A DNA stretch of 43,495 nt from Limisphaerales bacterium (lineage in GTDB: Bacteria > Verrucomicrobiota > Verrucomicrobiia > Limisphaerales > SIBE01): NCBI GenBank assembly GCA_044225505.1, contig JBGAIN010000056.1:1-43495 (forward strand), written 5' to 3'. The notes beneath the pieces were generated by a model. It saw nothing but the letters and a program-made list of their open reading frames with translations. It ran no database searches and was not told the origin of the DNA. Shown piece by piece: positions 36,349 to 43,495 of this stretch; within the stretch, counting starts at the first letter, position 1; every line of letters starts with the position of its first letter. The translations under genes were made by a program, and so were the position numbers.

Positions 36349-37785
36349 TTAGTAGCGATAATGCTCGGGCTTGTAAGGGCCGTCCGGCGAAACGCCAATA
36401 TAGTCCGCTTGCTTCTGGCTAAGTTGCGTCAGCTTAACGCCGATCTTCTCCAGGTGAAGTCGAGCCACTTCCTCATCCAGCCGTTTAGGAAGCCGATAGA
36501 CCGCCGGTTTGTAAGTCGCACGATTCTTCCAAAGGTCCATTTGCGCCAACACCTGATTCGTGAACGAATTTGACATCACGAAGCTCGGGTGCCCCTGCGC
36601 GCAGCCCAAGTTCACGAGTCGGCCTTCGGCCAAGAGGAACATCTGCCGGCCATCGGGAAACACGTACTTATCCACCTGAGGTTTGATCTCGATCTTCTTA
36701 ACTCCGGCAGCGGTGTTCAATCGGTCGACCTGAATCTCATTGTCGAAATGGCCGATGTTACAGACGATCGCTTGGTCTTTCATCTTCTGCATGTGCTCCA
36801 GGGTGATGATATCGCAGTTCCCAGTGCACGTGACGTAAATGTCCGCCGTCCCCAACGTGGCTTCAAGGGTGTCGACTTCAAACCCTTCCATCGCGGCTTG
36901 CAGCGCATTGATCGGGTCGATTTCCGTGACGATAACGCGCGCCCCAAAGCCGCGTAGTGAATGAGCCGAGCCTTTGCCGACGTCTCCATATCCGCAAACG
37001 ACAGCAACTTTTCCGGCAATCATGACTCCGGTCGCCCGTTTCAAACCGTCAGCCAGCGACTCGCGACAACCGTAGAGATTGTCGAACTTGGATTTGGTAA
37101 CCGAATCGTTGACGTTGATGGCTGGAACCAGCAGTTTGCCCGCTTCCAACATCTGGTAAAGGCGATGAACCCCAGTGGTGGTCTCCTCAGAAACGCCTCG
37201 CCACTCCTTCACAATCTCGTGCCATCGATATGGGTTCTCGCGATGGATCTCCTTCAGAAGGTCTTTGATAATCTGTTCTTCGCGGCTGCCAGAGGGCGTG
37301 TTCACCCAATCGCTACCGTCTTCCAACTCATACCCTTTGTGGATGAGCAACGTCGCGTCTCCACCATCGTCTACGATGAGTTCCGGACCCTTTCCACCAG
37401 GAAAGCTCAGCGCTTCATAAGTGCACCACCAATATTCTTCCAGCGTTTCACCTTTCCAGGCGAACACGGGAATTCCCTTTTTCGCGATCGCCGCCGCCGC
37501 ATGATCTTGGGTGGAGAAAATGTTGCAACTGGCCCAACGCACCGAAGCGCCAAGCTCCGCCAATGTCTCGATCAGAACCGCGGTCTGGATCGTCATGTGT
37601 AGGGACCCTGTGATCCGGACACCCTGCAACGGTTTGGAGCCGGCTTGCTTTTTTCGGACCGCCATCAGCCCGGGCATTTCCTCCTGCGCCACTTCGATCT
37701 CCTTGCGTCCCCACTCCGCAAGGCTCATGTCTTTGACCTTAAAATCGGCCGCCTTCTTCGCTGTGCTTGTAATGCTGGTGCTCAT
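36349..37785 (-). CDS. ahcY: Adenosylhomocysteinase
   Basis: [64 protein letters not shown] end. Confidence 0.98.
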   Translation of the reverse strand: MSTSITSTAKKAADFKVKDMSLAEWGRKEIEVAQEEMPGLMAVRKKQAGSKPLQGVRITGSLHMTIQTAVLIETLAELGASVRWASCNIFSTQDHAAAAIAKKGIPVFAWKGETLEEYWWCTYEALSFPGGKGPELIVDDGGDATLLIHKGYELEDGSDWVNTPSGSREEQIIKDLLKEIHRENPYRWHEIVKEWRGVSEETTTGVHRLYQMLEAGKLLVPAINVNDSVTKSKFDNLYGCRESLADGLKRATGVMIAGKVAVVCGYGDVGKGSAHSLRGFGARVIVTEIDPINALQAAMEGFEVDTLEATLGTADIYVTCTGNCDIITLEHMQKMKDQAIVCNIGHFDNEIQVDRLNTAAGVKKIEIKPQVDKYVFPDGRQMFLLAEGRLVNLGCAQGHPSFVMSNSFTNQVLAQMDLWKNRATYKPAVYRLPKRLDEEVARLHLEKIGVKLTQLSQKQADYIGVSPDGPYKPEHYRY

Positions 37786-37810
37786 TCGTTGATGTAAAAA
37801 GTTTCCACCG

Positions 37811-38989
37811 TTACTTAACCGCCCGTTTCAACGCAGCGGCTTTGTCCGTTCGTTCCCAGGTAATGCTCGCGAGGTCGTCCACCTTCCCGAAATGGCCATA
37901 GTTCGTCGTCTTGCCATAGATCGGACGGAGGAGATTCAATTGCTTGATGATATCGGCCGGCTTGAAGCTGAACACTTCCTGGACCGCCGCCGTGATTTCC
38001 TCGTCGCTCACTAACCCGGTGCCAAATGTGTCCACGGCCACGGAGACAGGTTGCGGGTAGCCAATCGCATACGCAAATTGAATCTCCGCTCGGCTCGCCA
38101 AGCCTGAGGCAACGATATTCTTGGCAACATAACGCCCCATGTAAGCCGCGCTACGGTCGACTTTGGATGGATCCTTACCGCTAAACGCGCCTCCCCCGTG
38201 CCGTCCCATCCCACCGTAGCTGTCGACGATAATTTTTCGACCGGTCAATCCGGTATCGCCCTGCGGACCGCCCGTAACAAATCGCCCCGTAGGATTGATC
38301 AGAAACTCCGTCTTCCGATCGAGCATATCGCTAGGGAGGACTTTCTTGACAATGTTCTTAATGATGAAATCGCGAATGGTCTTGTGTTTGGCATCCGCGC
38401 TGTGCTGTGTCGAAACGACCACATTCGTGATGCGCACGGGCTTGCCATCTTCATACTGCACCGAGACTTGGCTCTTCGCGTCTGGACGCAGCCACTTCAC
38501 CTCGCCAGCCTTGCGAATCCTCGTCAACTCGCGACCCAGTCGGTGCGCAAACATAATTGGCGAAGGCATGAGCTCGGGCGTCTCGTCACAGGCATAACCG
38601 AACATTAAGCCTTGATCCCCTGCCCCCTGTTCGTCGGTCGCTTTGCCTTCCGCTGCCTTTGCGTCAACCCCTTGCGCGATATCCGGGCTCTGCGAAGTGA
38701 TGACGTTCATCACGAACACTTTATCGGCATGAAAGACATCGTCCTCGTGGACGTACCCGATGTCGCGAATGGTCTGGCGCACGATCGCGTTGTAGTTCGG
38801 CGTGGCTCGAGTCGTAATCTCACCACCAACTACCACGATGTTGCTCTTGGCGTAAGTCTCGCAAGCCACTCGGCTACGCGGATCCTCACTCAGGCAGGCA
38901 TCCAGGACCGCGTCTGAAATGGTATCACAGACTTTGTCCGGATGGCCCTCGCCAACGGACTCCGACGAAAAAATGAAGTTTCTGCTCAT
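37811..38989 (-). CDS. metK: S-adenosylmethionine synthetase
   Basis: [47 protein letters not shown]. Confidence 0.98.
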   Translation of the reverse strand: MSRNFIFSSESVGEGHPDKVCDTISDAVLDACLSEDPRSRVACETYAKSNIVVVGGEITTRATPNYNAIVRQTIRDIGYVHEDDVFHADKVFVMNVITSQSPDIAQGVDAKAAEGKATDEQGAGDQGLMFGYACDETPELMPSPIMFAHRLGRELTRIRKAGEVKWLRPDAKSQVSVQYEDGKPVRITNVVVSTQHSADAKHKTIRDFIIKNIVKKVLPSDMLDRKTEFLINPTGRFVTGGPQGDTGLTGRKIIVDSYGGMGRHGGGAFSGKDPSKVDRSAAYMGRYVAKNIVASGLASRAEIQFAYAIGYPQPVSVAVDTFGTGLVSDEEITAAVQEVFSFKPADIIKQLNLLRPIYGKTTNYGHFGKVDDLASITWERTDKAAALKRAVK

Positions 38990-39048
38990 GTAGTTTAGGA
39001 TTGGCGCAACTGGAGAGGCAAACTCACATATTGACGCATCAGGATGGG

Positions 39049-39077
39049 AAGATATATACATACCTCGTGTTCGTCAA
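39049..39077 (-). promoter_or_regulatory. Sigma70-type metK promoter
   Basis: Minus strand TTGACG-N17-TATCTT. Confidence 0.55.
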
Positions 39078-39098
39078 CACAAAAGCGCGCCGCCCGTC

Positions 39099-40040
39099 AT
39101 GTCTACTCCAACCCCTGACGTCCTGAAAATCCTCCGAGCCTTGGCGGATTCGACACGGCTACGCATCCTGGCGTTGCTCGACCGCGTCGAACTCTCCGTG
39201 CAGGAAATGCAGGAGATCACCAGCCTAGGCCAGTCTCGGATCTCGACGAACCTTGGGCTACTGCAAGAGGCTGGGCTTCTCGAATCACGGCGGGAGGGAA
39301 AGCGAACTTTCTACAAACTAAATTCTCAAGCGGCGTCGGCGGTGAAGGAAGCAATGCATTTGGCGGTGCGCGGCGCGCACGAGATGCCCGAGTACTCGCA
39401 AGACCGATTGAACCGGAAGCGAATTATCGCCCGACGGACGGAACAGCAGAAAATTTACTTTGATCAAGTTGCAGGCAGGTTTGATCGCAGTTACGGGCCG
39501 GGCCGTTCGTGGCAAGCGTTTGGCCAACTCCTCCTAAGGATTCTTCCGCCATTGGTGATTGCGGACTTGGGTTCGGGAGAAGGGCTGATCAGCGAACTCT
39601 TGGCGCGGAGGGCTAAACGAGTGATCGCGGTCGACAACTCGGAGAAGATGGTCTCATTCGGTACGCACAAGGTGAGTCAGATCGGCCTGAAAAATCTCGA
39701 GTTCCGGTTCGGAGATTTGGAAGATCCCCCCATTGACGCAGAAAGTGTTGATTTGGCGATCCTGAGCCAAGCGCTGCACCACGCTTCGGACCCGGCGCGC
39801 GCTATCCGTAGCGCGCACCGAATCTTGGTTCCTGGTGGTCACATCATGATCCTGGACCTCTTGCAGCATACCTTTCACCAGGCGCACGAGCTTTATGGAG
39901 ATCGCTGGCTCGGGTTCTCGGCCGGCGACCTCCACGGCAGGTAGGAAGCTGCCGGTTTCAAACAAATCGAGGTCGGCACGGTTAGCCGCGAGGAGCAAGC
40001 GCCCAATTTCGAAACGATCCTAGCTGAAGGAACCAAGTAG
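39099..40040 (+). pseudogene. sahR: SahR-type ArsR + SAM-methyltransferase-fold regulator interrupted by an in-frame TAG at 39942-39944 (real lesion or sequence error)
   Basis: ArsR HTH (LADSTRLRIL...QSRIS..L..L...GLL.SRREG), methyltransferase motif ADLGSGEG, SQALHH. The frame continues past the TAG as EAAGFKQIEVGTVSREEQAPNFETILAEGTK* to 40040. Divergent from metK-ahcY. Confidence 0.75.
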
Positions 40041-40097
40041 CCAAGGGCGGAGCGCGCAATCCGAAAACCGCTTTCACCCGATTTTTGCTCACGATAC

Positions 40098-40874
40098 TCA
40101 GATCTGTGAGAACGGGGCCGGTTCGAGAAAGTGATTCGAAATTTTCGATACCGTGTCTGCGTACTGAGGATCGGACGACATCTTCTTCCAGGTCGGGTGT
40201 TTACCGAACGCTTCCCAGTGGGCTTTATGCGCGTCTCGATTCTCGGCAGAGAGCATGTAGGTCAGGTGGGGCAATCCGCTTCCTGCCAAAGCCTGGCCAA
40301 AAAATATAGGCCCCAAACCCACTTCGCGCATGACATCGATTTCGCCATCGTTGAACATGTCGACCTTTTTCAAGGCCTTAGACTCGCTGTAGCTTTCGTA
40401 AGTTCGAAGTTCGAACACCCGTGATCTTTTCTCCACTGAATAGGAAGGCAATTCAAGCTTTGGAATGCCTGCGAAAGCACGCAGCAGCCAGGTGTCAATG
40501 CGTTCGTAGGCTGGCTTCGACTTGGGTGTCGCGAGATACTCGGCGGCGGCGGCCTGATACTCGGAATCTGTACGCCATTTGGCAGGAACACTAGCGAACG
40601 CGTCTAAGCTAGCATAAGGGATAAGGACGTAAACCGATGGATCCTGCTTAAGATCCGTCTCAAGAAAAACGCCGACGGTCTTGATCCCCGATCGATTCAG
40701 CGCTGGAAGCGCTGCCTTGGCGAGATAGTTATGGAGGAGTGTTGGGTCCCCGCCGGGTTTCAATCGGTAAACCCGAAGTTGATAATATTCCTGCGCCGCT
40801 TTCGGTTCCGCAGCCGACACCGAAGCAATGGCCGACGAGACGAGCGCAGTTTTGAGGAATTCCCTTCGTTTCAT
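40098..40874 (-). CDS. NIPSNAP family protein with Tat signal
   Basis: MKRREFLK twin-arginine motif; two NIPSNAP-like halves (YYQLRVYR; FELRTYES...LTYML). Confidence 0.85.
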   Translation of the reverse strand: MKRREFLKTALVSSAIASVSAAEPKAAQEYYQLRVYRLKPGGDPTLLHNYLAKAALPALNRSGIKTVGVFLETDLKQDPSVYVLIPYASLDAFASVPAKWRTDSEYQAAAAEYLATPKSKPAYERIDTWLLRAFAGIPKLELPSYSVEKRSRVFELRTYESYSESKALKKVDMFNDGEIDVMREVGLGPIFFGQALAGSGLPHLTYMLSAENRDAHKAHWEAFGKHPTWKKMSSDPQYADTVSKISNHFLEPAPFSQI

Positions 40875-40924
40875 AGAGAGTTAGGTTGGAGCGAAACCAG
40901 GTTGCCCGTTTGGTCGATCGGCGC

Positions 40925-40948
40925 CATGGCACAATCCATTGTGCCATG
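40925..40948. promoter_or_regulatory. Perfect palindrome, putative operator
   Basis: CATGGCACAAT-CC-ATTGTGCCATG, 50 nt upstream of the NIPSNAP start. Confidence 0.5.
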
Positions 40949-41346
40949 CACAAGACCAAGCGTTAGGCAATGTCTGAGTTTCACAGGGAAATTAACTTGG
41001 CCTTAAGCTAGGAGAGCGTCGCGGAGAACGCGACGAAAATCCGATCGCGGATTCAAATCAATGCCAACGGGCGATGTCTCGAGGCTGGCGAAGTCGTCAC
41101 GTTGCGGGGACGAGAAACTCGGCTTGCGATCTGAGTCACTTCTAACTTCGATAGCACGCTTCTGAGTCATTATGGCACAAACTCATAGTAGCAGTCTAGG
41201 TTTCCCTAGAGTAGGTTTCTTCGACGCTTGGTGGAGATTAAGACGTTTCGAATCCCTGCTTGGCCGCTCAAAGTCAGCAACTTACCGGGACATGTATCTG
41301 AGGACCCGCGAAAGCCGTTTCGTCTAGGCACCGAGCGCAGACACAA

Positions 41347-41362
41347 CGGCATTGTCGTTGCT
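41347..41362 (+). promoter_or_regulatory. Possible sigma54 promoter of clpB
   Basis: CGGCATTGTCGTTGCT (GG-N10-GC with TTGC), about 35 nt before ATG 41397. Confidence 0.4.
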
Positions 41363-41396
41363 CAGACGCGAGGGGGGACGACGTTTAAACACTTTT

Positions 41397-43495
41397 ATGG
41401 ATCTGAACAAATTAACAGAGAAAGCTCAGGCAGCTCTTCAAGAAGCGCAGAGCATCGCAACACGGCACCAGCATCAGGCCGTAGATGTCGAGCACCTAAT
41501 GCTGGGTCTATTGAAACAAGAAAATGGCTTGGTCCCTCGCCTCCTGGAGAAAACACACGTTTCAGCCGATCTGACCGCCGCAAAAACCGAAGAGGAATTG
41601 TCAAAGCTCCCGCGCGTGTCCGGGGACACCAGCATGAGCAGCGGGGTCTACGTTACCCAGCGTTTGAATCAACTCCTTGTCCGGGCGCACGATGAAGCGA
41701 AGCGTCTTAAGGACGAATATGTCAGCGTCGAACACTTGGTCCTGGCGATGTTTGAGCAACCGAGCTCATCGCCGATAGGCCGGATCTTCAAAGCGCAAAA
41801 CATTCGACGTGACGATTTCCTTACGGCATTGACGGAGGTCCGGGGAAACCAGCGCGTTACCAGTGCGAATCCCGAAGCCACGTATGAGGCGTTGGAAAAA
41901 TACGGCCGTGATCTGACCAAGCTGGCCCTCCAAAACCGGCTGGATCCAGTGATTGGACGCGACGCCGAGATTCGACGCTCCGTTCAGGTCCTGTCGCGCC
42001 GAACCAAGAACAATCCCGTCCTCATTGGTGAACCTGGCGTTGGCAAGACCGCCATCGTCGAAGGGTTAGCACGCCGGATCATTGCGGGAGATATCCCAGA
42101 GAGTCTGCGCGACAAAAAGATCGTCGCGCTCGACATGGGGGCGCTCATCGCTGGAGCGAAGTACCGTGGGGAGTTCGAGGAGCGCCTCAAAGCGGTTTTG
42201 CAGGAAGTCACAAAAGCGGCGGGTCAGGTCATCCTTTTCATCGACGAAATTCATACCGTGGTTGGCGCGGGAAAGGCCGAGGGATCCATGGATGCCGGGA
42301 ATATGCTCAAGCCGATGCTGGCCCGGGGCGAACTGCATTGTATCGGGGCCACGACCTTGGACGAGTACCGGAAATACATCGAAAAAGACGCGGCTCTGGA
42401 GAGACGCTTCCAACCCGTTCTCGTCAATGAACCGACCGTGGAAGATACAATTTCGATCCTACGCGGACTACGGGAGCGCTACGAATTGCACCACGGCGTG
42501 CGTATTCAAGACGCGGCATTGGTCGCCGCCGCGCAATTGTCACATCGTTATATTTCAGATCGGTTTCTTCCCGACAAAGCAATCGACCTGGTGGATGAGG
42601 CAGCCGCAAAGCTACGGACCGAGCTGGAGAGCATGCCAGAAGAGTTGGAGGGGCTCGAGCGCCGCATAGTGCAACTGGAGATCGAGCGCGAAGCTTTGCG
42701 GAAGGAGCGTGATCCCGCCTCCAAAGAACGTTTGGCTCTACTGGAAAAAGAACTCGGCGATCAAAAGGCATCCCGCGACGCACTGAAAGCACAGTGGGAA
42801 AGCGAGAAGAATGTGATTGGCGACATCCAGAAGCTTCGGGAGGCTCTTGAGGTCTCCCGCAACGAAATGGAACAAGCTCAGCGCCGTAATGACTTAACTC
42901 GAGTCGCTGAGTTCAAGTACGGTCGAGTTCCCACGCTCGAAGCCCAATTGCGAGACCTCGAACTTAAAGCGGCGAACAAAGGAGACTCCCATCTCCTACA
43001 GGAAGAAGTGACAGCGGACGAGGTCGCTGCAGTCGTGTCACGCTGGACGGGCATTCCGCTCTCCCGCCTAATGGAAGGCGAGAAGGAGAAACTATTGCGG
43101 TTGGACGATATCCTTCATCAGAGGGTCATTGGTCAAAACGAAGCGGTCCAAGCCGTGGCGGACGCCGTCATTCGTGCTCGCTCCGGACTCAAGGATCCCA
43201 AGCGGCCCATTGGATCGTTTATCTTTTTGGGTCCGACAGGCGTCGGCAAAACGGAACTCGCGCGAGCATTGGCCGAATCTTTGTTCGATTCCGAAGAGAA
43301 CATGGTGCGAATCGACATGAGCGAATACATGGAACGGCATGCGGTCGCGCGCCTCATTGGAGCTCCCCCGGGCTATGTGGGTTACGAAGAGGGGGGGCAA
43401 CTCACGGAAGCGGTCCGGCGCAAGCCTTATTCGGTATTATTGTTCGACGAAATCGAAAAGGCACATCATGACGTTTTTAATGTCCTTCTCCAAAT
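41397..43495 (+). CDS. clpB: ATP-dependent chaperone ClpB, 3'-truncated by the window edge (absent from the ORF track)
   Basis: [39 protein letters not shown], coiled-coil middle domain, [30 protein letters not shown]. Confidence 0.97.
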   Translation, partial: MDLNKLTEKAQAALQEAQSIATRHQHQAVDVEHLMLGLLKQENGLVPRLLEKTHVSADLTAAKTEEELSKLPRVSGDTSMSSGVYVTQRLNQLLVRAHDEAKRLKDEYVSVEHLVLAMFEQPSSSPIGRIFKAQNIRRDDFLTALTEVRGNQRVTSANPEATYEALEKYGRDLTKLALQNRLDPVIGRDAEIRRSVQVLSRRTKNNPVLIGEPGVGKTAIVEGLARRIIAGDIPESLRDKKIVALDMGALIAGAKYRGEFEERLKAVLQEVTKAAGQVILFIDEIHTVVGAGKAEGSMDAGNMLKPMLARGELHCIGATTLDEYRKYIEKDAALERRFQPVLVNEPTVEDTISILRGLRERYELHHGVRIQDAALVAAAQLSHRYISDRFLPDKAIDLVDEAAAKLRTELESMPEELEGLERRIVQLEIEREALRKERDPASKERLALLEKELGDQKASRDALKAQWESEKNVIGDIQKLREALEVSRNEMEQAQRRNDLTRVAEFKYGRVPTLEAQLRDLELKAANKGDSHLLQEEVTADEVAAVVSRWTGIPLSRLMEGEKEKLLRLDDILHQRVIGQNEAVQAVADAVIRARSGLKDPKRPIGSFIFLGPTGVGKTELARALAESLFDSEENMVRIDMSEYMERHAVARLIGAPPGYVGYEEGGQLTEAVRRKPYSVLLFDEIEKAHHDVFNVLLQ

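Noticed and set aside
39942..39944. Pyrrolysine or amber recoding of the sahR TAG
   Set aside because: TAG is used as a normal stop elsewhere in the window (e.g. DUF4331, M14, cysT), no pyl genes are present, and the expected residue is Leu.
41151..41185. CIRCE element upstream of clpB (TAGCAC...)
   Set aside because: No matching GAGTGCTAA half-site at 9-nt spacing.
41228..43400. Tracked ORFs in the clpB region
   Set aside because: They are off-frame or antisense shadows of clpB, which the track missed because it has no stop within the window.
1..43495. CRISPR array, tRNA/rRNA, IS element, prophage or defence island
   Set aside because: I found no regularly spaced repeats, cloverleaf or rRNA signatures, or transposase, integrase or phage motifs by eye.

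Overview
Bacterial chromosomal window, GC-rich and densely coding. Gene content suggests Verrucomicrobiota (Pedosphaera/Limisphaera-like); this is an inference from the prepilin/H-X9-DG protein, the 'FYR' modules on secreted proteins and a GTAG-type REP doublet. From left to right: a 5'-truncated nitroreductase-like ORF; an ECF sigma/cupin anti-sigma pair divergent from a DUF4331-TPR-HupE/UreJ cluster, with twin divergent GCATCC-N16-CGT promoters between them; CocE/NonD hydrolase, glutathione peroxidase, Dabb, hpf and amidohydrolase; thrB, Nudix, two tandem cyclophilins, YgfZ, a MalK-like ATPase, RraA and an MFS permease; an Rrf2-linked sulfate-uptake operon (porin-sbp-M14 peptidase-cysT-cysW-cysA); assorted single genes; the sahR/metK/ahcY SAM-cycle locus, where sahR carries an in-frame TAG; a Tat-signal NIPSNAP protein; and a 3'-truncated clpB missing from the ORF track. 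I saw no rRNA, tRNA, CRISPR array, transposase or prophage. Best candidate for an undescribed system: the ECF-controlled DUF4331/TPR/HupE module, whose predicted mature N-termini (Ser-Ser-His; His1) and cupin sensor point to Ni/Cu handling. Second candidate: the cytoplasmic M14 metallopeptidase embedded in the sulfate-uptake operon. All family calls come from motif recognition by eye; no database searches were run.
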